Source: a bacterium (lineage in GTDB: Bacteria; Hinthialibacterota; Hinthialibacteria; Hinthialibacterales; Hinthialibacteraceae). From it: a stretch of 64,000 nucleotides of DNA. Positions within the stretch are counted from its first letter, which is position 1. The number at the start of each line of letters is the position of its first letter. The stretch lies in NCBI GenBank assembly GCA_963662285.2, contig CAXXMV010000001.1, positions 224,001 through 288,000 of the forward strand. The letters are read 5' to 3'. Under the pieces are notes generated by a model, which had not been told where the DNA came from, ran no database searches, and saw only the letters and a program-made list of their open reading frames with translations. Positions 1-10,422 of the stretch are shown here, one piece after another. Made by a program: the position numbers and the translations under genes.

Positions 1-416
1 TGACTAACGGAAATTACCCACATACTGACCCAGGAATAGTGCTTGTATTTGGAGGCGGTTTTGAATATAAACAATCGTGAAATAGTGAGATAGTCTATGA
101 GTTATTCATTTTCTCCTACCGTGGCGATCTTTTTCCAGGCGGTGGATTATTGAGAAGACAATTTTTTCTCGAATGTGGCGACTCTGTTCTCAAAATTCTC
201 TTTGCCAGCAGTAGAAGACGGTCGGTTGTAAATTGAATTCTACTCAGACATCAGAGAACGGCTTGTGCTTCAACAGATGGCGATGAAGGATTGTCCCTTG
301 CTTTTCCGGGGTGTAATGCTTTGTACTTTTCTTCATGAAACTCTCCTGCATTTGAATATCTAACCCAAACCAGAGTAAAATCCATTTCCGATTGAAATGG
401 GACAATTGAATTCTAT

Positions 417-1954
417 GTAACGATTTAGTTGTTTGAAGACAGTGGAGGAGGTAAAGGGGGCAATTGCCCAGTGCGGATAGCGGTTTTCAGGGCGTCCACG
501 ACGGTGTCCACCGGATTGTAGCCGCGGCGTTTGAGTGTGCGAAAAACCGTCATCAGGATCGACTGCGCTTTCGCGCCCGCTTCGCTTTGGTTCCCCTGAA
601 TCGTCTTGCGCATAATCACCGCCGGGCGAATTTCCCGTTCGCCGTGATTGTTGGTGGGAGGAACATCCGGATGGCTCAAAAAGACCAACAGTTCGTCCCA
701 GTATTTTTCCAGGCGCGCGGCGATTCGTTTGACGTCCCGGTCTGCGGATTGAATCAGCATCAAATCAATCAATCGTTCGTGCAGCCGGTCGATGCGCGAT
801 TGAAACATCTGGGGATCGTATCCTTCCCGATGGTACAATCGAAGCGCGTCGCCGAACAACCGCTTCGCTTTCTTGGAAAATTCCTTCCAATCCGCCGACG
901 CGTTGGCTCCATCCACCTTCTTGAATTCGCGCAACAAATGCGCCAGGCAATACTGATGCGTCGAGTCGACGTGCGCGTAACACGCCCAGAAATCGCTCAC
1001 CAGAACGCCCTCGAAGGTCTCCCGAAAAAATTCGAACAGCGCCGGATCGCCCCGGCTGGGATGAATCATGTAAAACGTGGCGTCCTGGTTGGTGAAACAC
1101 CAGAGCCAGTGCGTTTTCCCGTTGACGCGCCAACCGGTTTCGTCCGCATGCAGGACCGCGCTTTCCAGCATTTCATCGATCAATTGCTCGCACCATGGTT
1201 GCAGCCAGTCGGCCAGGCGCTTCCACATGCCGAACAATCCTCCCGGAGAGACGACGGTGTTCAGGTGTTCGCTCAGGAGGTCGACGATCTGCCGGGAGGG
1301 CATTCCCAGTCCATAGTGCCAATGGGCGGACAGGGCCAACGCTCGATTTCCCAGTCGCGCGTTGGGCAGCGCGTCTTCGACTTTGGGCTCCACCAGTTTT
1401 TTGCAGTGCGGGCAATAACTGCGGGGAATTTCGTGCGCGGTGACCTCCGGTTCGATATTCGCCGGGATGTCTTCGATCACGCGGGTTCGTTTGGCTTTCT
1501 CGCTCTGGCAAGGAGTGACGGGACCTCCGCAATCCGGGCATCGTTCCAGCGGAGGATGTTGGACGGTTTTCGTGATATTGGGATTTTTCTTGCGTCCGCT
1601 TCCCGGATGGCCGGGTTTTCGCCCCCGCTTATCCTTTTTTCCCTTTTTATCTTTGGCGGGTTTCTCGTAGGGAGGAACCATCCCGGACGGGGTGCTGGCT
1701 TTCTTGGCCTCTTGGGCCGCCAGAAACTTCTTCAGGCGGAGAGCCTGTTCGAGGATAAGAAACACCGCCGCTTCCGGGTCCTCCTGGACGAGGGCGCGGA
1801 TCGCCTCTTCGTTCAGTGCCCGGACGCCCTCCAGGATTTCCCGGAGGATTCTCTGAGCGGTCTCTCGGTTTCGGTTCATACTACTACTAACTTCGAAACC
1901 GCCTCCGAAGTAACGCTTGGTGTAATTTATTTTTTCAGAAAACTAAATCGTTAC
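417..1954 (-). mobile_element. IS66-family insertion sequence (single-ORF type), 1538 bp
   Basis: Perfect 14-bp TIR GTAACGATTTAGTT (417-430 / 1941-1954); 8-bp TSD AATTCTAT at 409-416 and 1955-1962; GC-rich compared with flanks. Confidence 0.95.
425..1879 (-). CDS. IS66 family transposase (TnpC-like)
   Basis: KPGHPG motif, CPDCG/CPHC Zn finger, HADETGW, LVSD, CLAHLLR and TNNHGEREIR motifs. Confidence 0.95.
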   Translation of the reverse strand: MNRNRETAQRILREILEGVRALNEEAIRALVQEDPEAAVFLILEQALRLKKFLAAQEAKKASTPSGMVPPYEKPAKDKKGKKDKRGRKPGHPGSGRKKNPNITKTVQHPPLERCPDCGGPVTPCQSEKAKRTRVIEDIPANIEPEVTAHEIPRSYCPHCKKLVEPKVEDALPNARLGNRALALSAHWHYGLGMPSRQIVDLLSEHLNTVVSPGGLFGMWKRLADWLQPWCEQLIDEMLESAVLHADETGWRVNGKTHWLWCFTNQDATFYMIHPSRGDPALFEFFRETFEGVLVSDFWACYAHVDSTHQYCLAHLLREFKKVDGANASADWKEFSKKAKRLFGDALRLYHREGYDPQMFQSRIDRLHERLIDLMLIQSADRDVKRIAARLEKYWDELLVFLSHPDVPPTNNHGEREIRPAVIMRKTIQGNQSEAGAKAQSILMTVFRTLKRRGYNPVDTVVDALKTAIRTGQLPPLPPPLSSNN

Positions 1955-2231
1955 AATTCTATTACAACCGATAGCGACTATACTCTGCATTGAGTTATCT
2001 ATGCCCAGTGGAGTACAAAAACGCTATTTGTTCCACTTTTTTTGTTCACGGCAATGGGGTAAATTCATTCCCTTTTACTAAAGACTCATGGAAACTGAAT
2101 ATGGACTTAAAGAGATTGCATCTAATCATTTAGGCTAGACAAGACTAATGTTTGTATGAGAAAATTGGATTTAATGGAGAAGATAAGAAAATTACTCACT
2201 TTAAATAGAGAATTTTGTTAATCAAAAAATA

Positions 2232-2750
2232 ATGAGGGCAAAACCAATGGAATTGAAATCTTTAGTTACAATTAATGAATTCGAAATGCTATCAAGCATT
2301 GATCCTATTCCAAGTAATGGACTGCTTGTGATTCTTTTGATGAGTGAATGGGATACACCTGTTAATCGTTGGTTAAATAGACATGTAAATATATTTGCTG
2401 ATAAAATTAAAGATAATTTATTCATGCCTATCCAAAATAATGAGTTAAGAAAAAAACTTCGTGATTTACTGAATACAACAGAAAATGATGAACCAATTAT
2501 GATATTAACTCCTATACATCCATCTAATTGGGAGACACAACTATCCAACCAAAGAGGTGTACAAATTAGGCTTGGTTATGTTCGTGATGAGAATGAGTTA
2601 ATAAAATTTTTGAAGAAACTAACCGAAATAATTTGCAGTACTTCTGATAACAAATTAGAAGATATTGCCTTTTCATCCAAGGTTCACCGAATTATAAGTT
2701 TTTGTAAAAAAATACCAGTTCTAGGTATTTTAGGAGTAGCATTATCATGA
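2232..2750 (+). CDS. hypothetical protein with hydrophobic C-terminus
   Basis: 172-aa ORF, ATGA overlap with the next gene. Confidence 0.7.
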   Translation: MRAKPMELKSLVTINEFEMLSSIDPIPSNGLLVILLMSEWDTPVNRWLNRHVNIFADKIKDNLFMPIQNNELRKKLRDLLNTTENDEPIMILTPIHPSNWETQLSNQRGVQIRLGYVRDENELIKFLKKLTEIICSTSDNKLEDIAFSSKVHRIISFCKKIPVLGILGVALS

Positions 2751-4213
2751 ATTTGTTTTCTACCACTTTAGGTTCACTTTCCTTTAAAACTTGCACTAGA
2801 AGTATTGGTATTGCTCCTCCTGTAGGTATAAAAGAACATTATTTAAATGCAAACAATAATCCTGAAGGCTTAACTAATTATCTACAAAGAATTCCTGAGC
2901 AAGAAAGAAATATAGCTCTGAAATGGATGATTGTAAACTTTCACGAAGTATCACATTATCACCAACTAATAAGCACTGTTTGTGGTTTACAAGTTTTTGA
3001 AACAATGTCTCGCATTTCATCCATTCTGTTAAATTTTTTCAATCAATCTACTAATTTATCGCTTCCGTTAATTGAAAATAACAATTTACCTGATTGGGCA
3101 GAAGAATTAATGTATACTGAAATGGAACTTGATTATTTATATAATGGAATCCCACCTAAAAGATTATTGATTAATACTGAAAAAGGTGTTCCATATGTTA
3201 AATATGAAATGCTAAATTCCTTATTTTTAATGAAGACAAAAATTGATTATGTAGAACCTGTGTTTTTTAAAGCAAAAAATGGTGGTTTAATACCAATTGG
3301 CTCTAATCATTTTTTTGAGTGTGGCTCTACATTTATGGAAAGGAATTTCGGTGCATGTATTATTGACAAATACACTAATGGTGCAATACCTGGTTATCCA
3401 TTTCCATATCCCGATAAATATTTCCTTTTGGATGATATCGCAAAACAAGAATTTCCTCAAATATATCACAAGAGATATGATATTGTTCTTGAGATAATCG
3501 CATTTTTATTATCTGTGTTAGTAAATCCTGGTGGGACAGATACTACAAGAAAGAACAACAAGAACCATTCGCCTGTAAAACTATTGGATGCTTTATTAAT
3601 CATAAAACTATATATAAAAAATAATGGTTTTAATGATATAGACTATAATTCAATAAGTGAATCGCTTGAAGATTTAGGCTATGCAACAGAGGAAGAATCG
3701 ATTGGTTCTCTTATAAATAATGCTAGTGATATGGTAAATAAAGGTGCTCTGGATTTTCAAACTATAGCAGTTCAAGATTACTACAAACAGCAAATATCTA
3801 TTTTAGAAACCATAAAACCGTCTGATTTGTTCTCTTTCAATTATTATGAAATTTGGAGAAGATTACCAAAGCCACCTTTAACATTTGGTTATAGTGATAA
3901 TATAATACCAAAGAAAATTGTAATTGGTAATGATCTTGAAAGATCTCCAAAATGGTTAAGGTATGTTTTCTTTATTGATATTGCAGAAAAGGCTTTATAT
4001 CAGCATAATATAATATGCCCATTAAAGGAAGGTGATGTTTATTGTCCATTCAAAAACGAAACATGTGGGAATGTACGACAATTAGAAAATTTTAAAATAA
4101 AGAACAATTGCCTATTTGAATATATGATTTCTTTTATGATTAAAAAAGATGTATATGATACATCTAAAGATGCGGAGCATATCGCAAATTTATTATTTGC
4201 AGAGCCACAATAA
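2747..4213 (+). CDS. hypothetical protein, possible zinc metallopeptidase (HExxH) with C-terminal Cys cluster
   Basis: 488-aa ORF; FHEVSHYH motif; four-Cys cluster near the C-terminus. Confidence 0.65.
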   Translation: MNLFSTTLGSLSFKTCTRSIGIAPPVGIKEHYLNANNNPEGLTNYLQRIPEQERNIALKWMIVNFHEVSHYHQLISTVCGLQVFETMSRISSILLNFFNQSTNLSLPLIENNNLPDWAEELMYTEMELDYLYNGIPPKRLLINTEKGVPYVKYEMLNSLFLMKTKIDYVEPVFFKAKNGGLIPIGSNHFFECGSTFMERNFGACIIDKYTNGAIPGYPFPYPDKYFLLDDIAKQEFPQIYHKRYDIVLEIIAFLLSVLVNPGGTDTTRKNNKNHSPVKLLDALLIIKLYIKNNGFNDIDYNSISESLEDLGYATEEESIGSLINNASDMVNKGALDFQTIAVQDYYKQQISILETIKPSDLFSFNYYEIWRRLPKPPLTFGYSDNIIPKKIVIGNDLERSPKWLRYVFFIDIAEKALYQHNIICPLKEGDVYCPFKNETCGNVRQLENFKIKNNCLFEYMISFMIKKDVYDTSKDAEHIANLLFAEPQ

Positions 4214-4622
4214 TTATTTGCTTGATATTCTATTGACAATCTCAAAATATTATTTTGTTCATTTCGATCCTTTTTTATAAGTCAAGTAGCATGTATGATA
4301 ACGTCGATCTATAATGATCTAACGATATTTAATTTTATTGATTGAGTGATGATGTGTATTATTAAATAAATCTTTCAGATCGTGATGGGAAGGTGATCCG
4401 TGTCCTTTTTTAATATGATAAAGGAGATGTAAATCGCCAAATCTATTAGATAGCCGACATTGCAATAAAAAAATATGATTACGGAACAATATTTTACAAA
4501 TCTCTCCCCCTTTTCCCTAAATTCAGTCGCTTACAGGATGAGAATAGTTTTAATTCCAGAACCGAGACCAAGAAATTTGAATCTATTAGCAATTCCGCTT
4601 TGAAACTACTCTATAGTTAATC

Positions 4623-5303
4623 TTATTTTTTAACAAAAATTACATGCTCTCCATTCCAATTTTTGTCAATATAGAAGGGATTGTGGAGAACAAAACTCAC
4701 CGTAGATCGCGAAACACCTGTAAGACGAGCAATCGATCTCAGCGATTTCATGTCTTGGGCAAGTCTGAATATGTGCTCAACAATTGGTCTTGTCTTCTCA
4801 TCTATAACGATCCGCTTGTTCTGCATCCGGTAGCCAAGAGGAGGACGGTTCATAAACTGGCCCTTCTCTTTGGCGAGTTGTACTCCTCGTTTGATTCGTG
4901 CTTGACGAAGTTCCGTTTCGAATTCAGAGAAAACGCTTCTGATTTTGGCAAACGCCTTTTCTGATGGCGATTCTACTTTACATTCATTAACCAGGAATAT
5001 TTCAACACCATGCATGGAGAGATGTGTTGTCAGCCAACCAAACTGGAATAGATCGCGTGAAAGTCGGTCTGATTCAGTCGCGACAATTCCTTTTATAGGC
5101 GTTTTGATGTGATCGATCATATCGACGAGACCGGGACGCTCGAATAATTTCGTCGCACTCATTTTATCCTCAAAGAATTTAATTAATACTAAATCCTTTT
5201 TAGCGCAGAAGCGTTCTATTTCCCGCCGTTGTCCATCGAGAGAATATCCTTTGCCTTGCTCGCCGGTTGAAACGCGGACATAGCCAAAAACGTTTCGATT
5301 TAT
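4623..5303 (-). CDS. serine recombinase (resolvase catalytic domain plus short recombinase domain), probable ATA start
   Basis: Frame extends upstream of the called ORF through GYVRVSTGEQ (catalytic Ser); DRLSR and PPLGY motifs; only ATA at 5303 (overlapping the upstream TAA) or ATT is available before an in-frame TGA. Confidence 0.85.
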   Translation of the reverse strand: MNRNVFGYVRVSTGEQGKGYSLDGQRREIERFCAKKDLVLIKFFEDKMSATKLFERPGLVDMIDHIKTPIKGIVATESDRLSRDLFQFGWLTTHLSMHGVEIFLVNECKVESPSEKAFAKIRSVFSEFETELRQARIKRGVQLAKEKGQFMNRPPLGYRMQNKRIVIDEKTRPIVEHIFRLAQDMKSLRSIARLTGVSRSTVSFVLHNPFYIDKNWNGEHVIFVKK

Positions 5304-5608
5304 TTGCGACTGATCGGTCGTAATACGATATCACCCCGCTCGATGAATATTTCTATGTTGTCTCCCCCCTGGAGACGAACAGCTTTCGCCACTCCCGAGG
5401 GAATCGTAATTGAAAATTGACCGTTACTCCTTTGTTGTCGTAACACAACAACGTTTTGTGAGAGTCGTTTTCCACGCTTGGCCGAAAAATAGAGGATAGA
5501 TTTATCTACCTTGTCCATCATAATATTATGAATGAAATCATTAATAAACTTATCGTTAAACTGTTCAATTTGAAGGCGGTCTAAAAAGTCTACCTTCTTG
5601 GACGCCAT
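5300..5608 (-). CDS. AbrB/MazE/SpoVT-family DNA-binding protein
   Basis: NGQFSITIPSGVAKAVRLQGGDNIEIFIERGDIVLRP swapped-hairpin signature. Confidence 0.8.
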   Translation of the reverse strand: MASKKVDFLDRLQIEQFNDKFINDFIHNIMMDKVDKSILYFSAKRGKRLSQNVVVLRQQRSNGQFSITIPSGVAKAVRLQGGDNIEIFIERGDIVLRPISRK

Positions 5609-5620
5609 AATTGGAAAAGA

Positions 5621-5995
5621 TTATTTGTGGAGGTAGGACGCAATCGGTTTATATTCATCTTTCAGATGGCTATGGGGCCAGAATCCTGTAACTGGGCGAC
5701 ACATCCAAATATTTCCTTTCTTCTCATATTGCCATTCAGGAAAGTCAACGTAATGGGTATCGTTCTTGGAAAAGTGAGAGTTGGTATTTTTAGCTTGTGT
5801 TTCACGTTGGAGATAGAATTTCATTTTGGCCGATAGAAAATCTATGGAATGCTTTTTCCCCAATTCATATATATCCGTGTAATTCTTGCAGTGAAGGAGT
5901 TCTATTCCAAAGCTTTCAGGATAACCATCCCAATGTATCGCGATCAATACCTGATTACTTTCAGTCACAATTGCTCTCGTTCCTATTTTTATCAC
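5621..5995 (-). CDS. hypothetical protein of the HWDGYP family seen on phages/ICEs
   Basis: IHWDGYPE motif; co-oriented in the operon. Confidence 0.65.
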   Translation of the reverse strand: MIKIGTRAIVTESNQVLIAIHWDGYPESFGIELLHCKNYTDIYELGKKHSIDFLSAKMKFYLQRETQAKNTNSHFSKNDTHYVDFPEWQYEKKGNIWMCRPVTGFWPHSHLKDEYKPIASYLHK

Positions 5996-6035
5996 CTTAT
6001 TTTTCTGGAGAAAATTGTATCAAAAAAGAAAAAAA

Positions 6036-6227
6036 TCAAATAAAGTGTTTTGCGGTTATTTCTGCAAGTTCTCGGCTCTGCTTCTCATTAGCGGCTTCGA
6101 AATAAGGAAAGCAGGCAAAGCAATTCCAGAATGCATGACCGAATTCTGAGCTATAGGCTGCTTCCAGATCGTTTCCACAAATACAGGTCTTTGTAAACCT
6201 CACTTTTGCTTCATTTTCTTCTTCCAT
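6036..6227 (-). CDS. small Zn-ribbon-like protein
   Basis: CxC...CxxC; GGAGG RBS upstream. Confidence 0.6.
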   Translation of the reverse strand: MEEENEAKVRFTKTCICGNDLEAAYSSEFGHAFWNCFACFPYFEAANEKQSRELAEITAKHFI

Positions 6228-6291
6228 TTTTTATCCTCCAAGAGACCACATTGCGGCTCTCTCACCCCCAAGAGAGCCGCGATTGCCTCTA

Positions 6292-7104
6292 TCATGTTTC
6301 AATGACGAGGGCGCAGTTTTCAATGGATTGAATAATTGTGGATGCGCATTGCCTGATCCGCTCAAGCCGCTCAAAAAGTGAGTCTTTATTTCCATCCCAG
6401 TTTTTGATGTAATCTGCCGATGACTGGATCGCATCGATGCCAAACCGCTCACAAACAACACAGGCAACAGCATCCGCCTCAAGTTCTTCGATTGGACGAG
6501 GCGTTTTTCCATTATTAAAATGGAGATGAATATGAGCCCATTCATGAATCAGAACCGAGAAATTTTGCCCAGATGTCATTCCTTCTTTGAGTACAATTCG
6601 GTTTTTAGTTGAATAACCGTAGGCGCGTCCCGTTTCCCCATATTCAAATTCAATTCCGTTTGCTTGTATGGAGCTCAGCGCCATCTCAAAAACTTCTTCA
6701 GCATCTCCCTGGGCGCCAGAGAGATATGGAATCTCATCACCGTCAGTTTGGGAATAGTCAAATACATACGCGGGCCTGAATCCAATGACCTTATCTTGTT
6801 CGTCATCTTCATCCGCTTTTTTCTTAAGGCAGGGAGCCAGAATCCGAATTCCTTTTTGGCCTTTGCGGACACACCGATTCAATTTATTCCAGGTCCGAAA
6901 ACCGGCAACTCGGGACGCTTTGGGGAATTGGCTGAATATGAGCAGCTGGTTTCCGATAGAATAATGATGAAATCTCGACATTGCCTTCAGATACTCGATC
7001 ATTTCAGCGGAGTAGCCCTTCTCTAATTGATCCGCGAGTTTATCCAATGTCTCATCAATGGTTTTCTTTGTCTCCGAAATCAGATTTTTTGTTTTTTCAT
7101 TCAA
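6292..7104 (-). CDS. ardC: ArdC-like antirestriction protein (ssDNA-binding N-domain plus zincin domain)
   Basis: YSIGNQLLI, GFRTW, VRKGQKG, VFDYSQT, HEWAH and EELEA motifs; GGAGGTG RBS before TTG at 7104. Confidence 0.85.
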   Translation of the reverse strand: MNEKTKNLISETKKTIDETLDKLADQLEKGYSAEMIEYLKAMSRFHHYSIGNQLLIFSQFPKASRVAGFRTWNKLNRCVRKGQKGIRILAPCLKKKADEDDEQDKVIGFRPAYVFDYSQTDGDEIPYLSGAQGDAEEVFEMALSSIQANGIEFEYGETGRAYGYSTKNRIVLKEGMTSGQNFSVLIHEWAHIHLHFNNGKTPRPIEELEADAVACVVCERFGIDAIQSSADYIKNWDGNKDSLFERLERIRQCASTIIQSIENCALVIET

Positions 7105-7207
7105 ATATTTCACCTCCGGCCAACTGGCCAATTGCTACAAGTTGACGGAGCACAACTCTAAGAAAACCGGAAAGTATAAATAGGAGGAGTATTTTCATCA
7201 CTTCAAA

Positions 7208-7348
7208 ATGGTAAAAAGACACATAAAGCGATTAAAATCAGATTGTTTGAATGATATTGGGATACTTTTAGAGGATATGCGGGAGGTAAAGATGCTCTTG
7301 CACGAGATTAATGCAAAAGTTGAGCATCTAATTTATTTCAAAATCTAA
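7208..7348 (+). CDS. putative small protein (46 aa)
   Basis: Read by eye: MVKRHIKRLKSD...FKI*; TATA-like motif 25 nt upstream. Confidence 0.35.
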   Translation: MVKRHIKRLKSDCLNDIGILLEDMREVKMLLHEINAKVEHLIYFKI

Positions 7349-7375
7349 TGATAGCATTCAATGTATAATATTCGG

Positions 7376-8011
7376 TCATTCATTGAGTTGATCTAATTCT
7401 TTTTTTAATTCCCGTATTTTACGAAATATCTTATCATTTAATTCAGTTGGATAGACAAAATTTTTATATTTTGACAAATCTTCTGTTTTAATTTTACCAT
7501 CAAAAGCGAGTTTAAGAACACGGAAATGAGTAATTGCTATAGATAATAAACTAAGTCCTTTAATATCAACATCCGTCTTTGTAGGGTCAGGTTCATAATA
7601 AAACATTAACTCTTGATCATCAATCAAACCACCTTTGTCTATTATTAGCTGTTCTATGTTGGATTCTACAGAAATGATTTCTTTAAGAATATTACTATCA
7701 TTATCACTTAATCCCCTATGAGTCTCAGTTGTATTATTTATATGAGATTCAAGTATAAACTCTAAAGTTCTAAAATTATTGGGCTTATCAGATTTCAAGA
7801 TTTGATATAATGCTTTTGTTGTGTTTATATAAGACATCAATGGTCCATAAAATTCGTTCAATTGCTGTGAAATTATTTGTCTTTTTTCCCTTATTTTTTG
7901 TTCTTTCAAGCTAGATTGATTGTTCATATATGTTATACGACAAGTAATGAAACCTACAGCAATTACTGAAACAGCTGAAATGATAGCTGGGATAAGTGTA
8001 TTATAATCCAT
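7376..8011 (-). CDS. hypothetical protein with N-terminal transmembrane helix
   Basis: 211-aa ORF directly downstream of dndE; hydrophobic N-terminus. Confidence 0.7.
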   Translation of the reverse strand: MDYNTLIPAIISAVSVIAVGFITCRITYMNNQSSLKEQKIREKRQIISQQLNEFYGPLMSYINTTKALYQILKSDKPNNFRTLEFILESHINNTTETHRGLSDNDSNILKEIISVESNIEQLIIDKGGLIDDQELMFYYEPDPTKTDVDIKGLSLLSIAITHFRVLKLAFDGKIKTEDLSKYKNFVYPTELNDKIFRKIRELKKELDQLNE

Positions 8012-8050
8012 TATAATCTCTCCCTGCGGCTGTGAATCAGATTATTAAAC

Positions 8051-8434
8051 TCAAGGTGTTGCAACTGCAATTCTCATCAAATCCAAAATATTATTCATAT
8101 CTTTCGTACCAAATAAGAAAGAAATCCCGCGATGGACATGCAGTCGGAATTGTTTGCTTAATGTCTCTTCGTCTAACTCAAGCCTATCGCGCCAACAGCG
8201 TTCTTTAAGCAAGGCAAGATACACTGTCTCATACTCGCCTCCAAAAGTTCTCCATGACATTTCGACACCTCCCTCTAAAGGGATTTGGATATCACGTGGA
8301 GGAGAATTATCTGCTAACGATACACAAAACGCCCAGCGACATAGGATGTTCCAATTTTCGATACCAGTACGGCGCTTAAGCATAATCAATTGATCGCGGC
8401 CTTGTTTGGAAATTCGTACAGTTTCTAATGTCAT
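8051..8434 (-). CDS. dndE: DNA sulfur modification protein DndE
   Basis: LKRRTGIENWNILCRWAFCVSL and FRLHVHRGI motifs; synteny. Confidence 0.95.
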   Translation of the reverse strand: MTLETVRISKQGRDQLIMLKRRTGIENWNILCRWAFCVSLADNSPPRDIQIPLEGGVEMSWRTFGGEYETVYLALLKERCWRDRLELDEETLSKQFRLHVHRGISFLFGTKDMNNILDLMRIAVATP

Positions 8435-8445
8435 AAACAGCCTTC

Positions 8446-10422
8446 TTACCAGAAATAGTTTTTCTTGATTGATGATGTCTGTTTGCTTTCATCATACTCC
8501 AGCAAATAAGTATGCCCGATCCACTTTTTCAAATGTTCGTGATATTTATTGTTGATTTCTTCATCAGTAGAAAGTAAAATCACTTGGTGGCTAGCAAATG
8601 GAAAATAGCGTTCAACCAAATGCATCCGGTGCGACGCATCCAATCTCCCAAGAGGTGTATCAATAATCACCGGTATAGGTTTGCCAGATGCCCTCCCCAG
8701 AGCCCATAGCATCGAGATCGCCAAAAGTTGTCGTTCTCCTGCCGATAAATCATCGGCCTTGATTTCTTGGTTGTTACCATTATATAAAGATAAGCAGTAA
8801 TCCTGCGGATCAATCTCAATCTGGTTGATGAATGCCCTCTTGCGTAGTAACTGGTTGTAACTCTCTAATATAAACTTTGATAGTTTCTCTGCATTACGCG
8901 CAATTACTTTTTCTTTAAACACATTCATTGTTTTTTGCAAACGTTGTGAATGTTTGATTACTCTCTCCATATCAGAACGTCCAATTTCAACTTGCCAATT
9001 GTCATTATATTTTTTGTCTAATAGACGTTTCTTTTCATCACGCTCACGACTCAAACGTTCGTAATCTTGGTTGATTTCTTGGTATTGGATATTGAGTTTT
9101 TCTAAGTCTTTTTCTGTTTTGCTTTTCTCTTCCACAATCTGTGCTAAGGCATCCTCATCGGGTACCGCTGCCAGTTTTTGATTATATTGATCAATCGTGC
9201 GTGAAAACCTTTCTGCCTGTTTCAAGATTGATTTCACGTTTTGAGATTCTTGCTGCAATTCTTTTCCTAAAAGCACATCGATTTTGAATTTCGTTTTCTC
9301 ATCGGCATCTAAATACACATTAATCTTAGATGATTGCTCAGTCTTGTTGATGTCTTTCAGCAATTCTTCTTTCACAAGTTTGATCGTCTCTATATCCACC
9401 TTTTCTTTTTTCAATTTACTCAACAAAGATTCTTTTCTATTTGTCAAATGGTTTACCAAAACCTTGGCTTGCTGGGCTTCGAGTTCTTGATCAATTTGTC
9501 TGCGTATATTCTGAAGCAAATTCGAAACCAAGTTTAATGGTAATGCTCCCGAAGCCTTAATTATCAACTGTTTATCCAATTCTTCTTTTTGTTTCTCATT
9601 TTCCTTTTTCTTTTGTTCATACTCATGTCGACACTCATATAACTCGCCACCCTGTTGGGAAAATTTTATATTTAGATCACTCAGGCCTTTTTCAACTCGT
9701 CCTATTTTTGTATTCAAACTAGCCATTTCTTGATATTTGTTTGAAACATCTTTGTCTTTCTTTTCGATTTCTTTTTGCAAAGAATCAATCTCTTGAATTT
9801 CTTTTTGTTGTTTAAGTTTTTTTTGCTTATTCCGTTGCAATATGGCCAAATCAACCTTCAACTGTTCAACCAAATCTACTCCAAACAACGCATTGATCGC
9901 AGTTTGAAACAATTTGTTCGAATGAGTTGATTCTGCTAGCATTTCTATCTGCTCGCCATCAAAAAAGAAAAGATGAGCCAATTGCGTAGGCACAAAACGG
10001 TCAACTTGTTCTTGCCAGGAATCGGAAAAGAAAGACGAATACTCTCCATTTATATAAATATCTAGATTTTCCGATATGCGTGAACTGGATTTGGCAAATG
10101 AACGGCGCAAAGTATAGATTTTTTCTATGCCGTCTTCATAACTGCGGAAGGTCAATTCAACGAAAGCACCAAGTTTGGGATTCACATTTTTATTGATGCG
10201 GTTTTTTAAATACTCCTCATAACCGATATTTTTATTGCGTACTATAGGAGAAAATTTTCCATACAACACAAATTGAATGGCTTCGAGTAATGTGGTCTTA
10301 CCCACACCGTTTAATCCCCCAACCAATACTATTGGTTTTTTTTCTGAAGGTGGAGTTAGGTTCACAGATTGTTCACCGTGAAATATCCCAAAATTAGATA
10401 TAGTAATATTATCTAAGATCAT
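8446..10422 (-). CDS. dndD: DNA sulfur modification protein DndD (SMC-like ABC ATPase)
   Basis: GLNGVGKTT, FFFDGE, coiled coil, LSAGERQ, IIDTPLGRLD, STDEE. Confidence 0.95.
   Translation of the reverse strand: MILDNITISNFGIFHGEQSVNLTPPSEKKPIVLVGGLNGVGKTTLLEAIQFVLYGKFSPIVRNKNIGYEEYLKNRINKNVNPKLGAFVELTFRSYEDGIEKIYTLRRSFAKSSSRISENLDIYINGEYSSFFSDSWQEQVDRFVPTQLAHLFFFDGEQIEMLAESTHSNKLFQTAINALFGVDLVEQLKVDLAILQRNKQKKLKQQKEIQEIDSLQKEIEKKDKDVSNKYQEMASLNTKIGRVEKGLSDLNIKFSQQGGELYECRHEYEQKKKENEKQKEELDKQLIIKASGALPLNLVSNLLQNIRRQIDQELEAQQAKVLVNHLTNRKESLLSKLKKEKVDIETIKLVKEELLKDINKTEQSSKINVYLDADEKTKFKIDVLLGKELQQESQNVKSILKQAERFSRTIDQYNQKLAAVPDEDALAQIVEEKSKTEKDLEKLNIQYQEINQDYERLSRERDEKKRLLDKKYNDNWQVEIGRSDMERVIKHSQRLQKTMNVFKEKVIARNAEKLSKFILESYNQLLRKRAFINQIEIDPQDYCLSLYNGNNQEIKADDLSAGERQLLAISMLWALGRASGKPIPVIIDTPLGRLDASHRMHLVERYFPFASHQVILLSTDEEINNKYHEHLKKWIGHTYLLEYDESKQTSSIKKNYFW

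Noticed and set aside
384-398. Third ORB-like box (ATTTCAATCGGAAAT on the minus strand)
   Set aside because: Single mismatched copy 46 kb from cdc6 with no partner; may be chance or an unrelated palindrome
464-1993. 509-aa plus-strand ORF
   Set aside because: Antisense shadow of the GC-rich IS66 transposase; no motifs of its own
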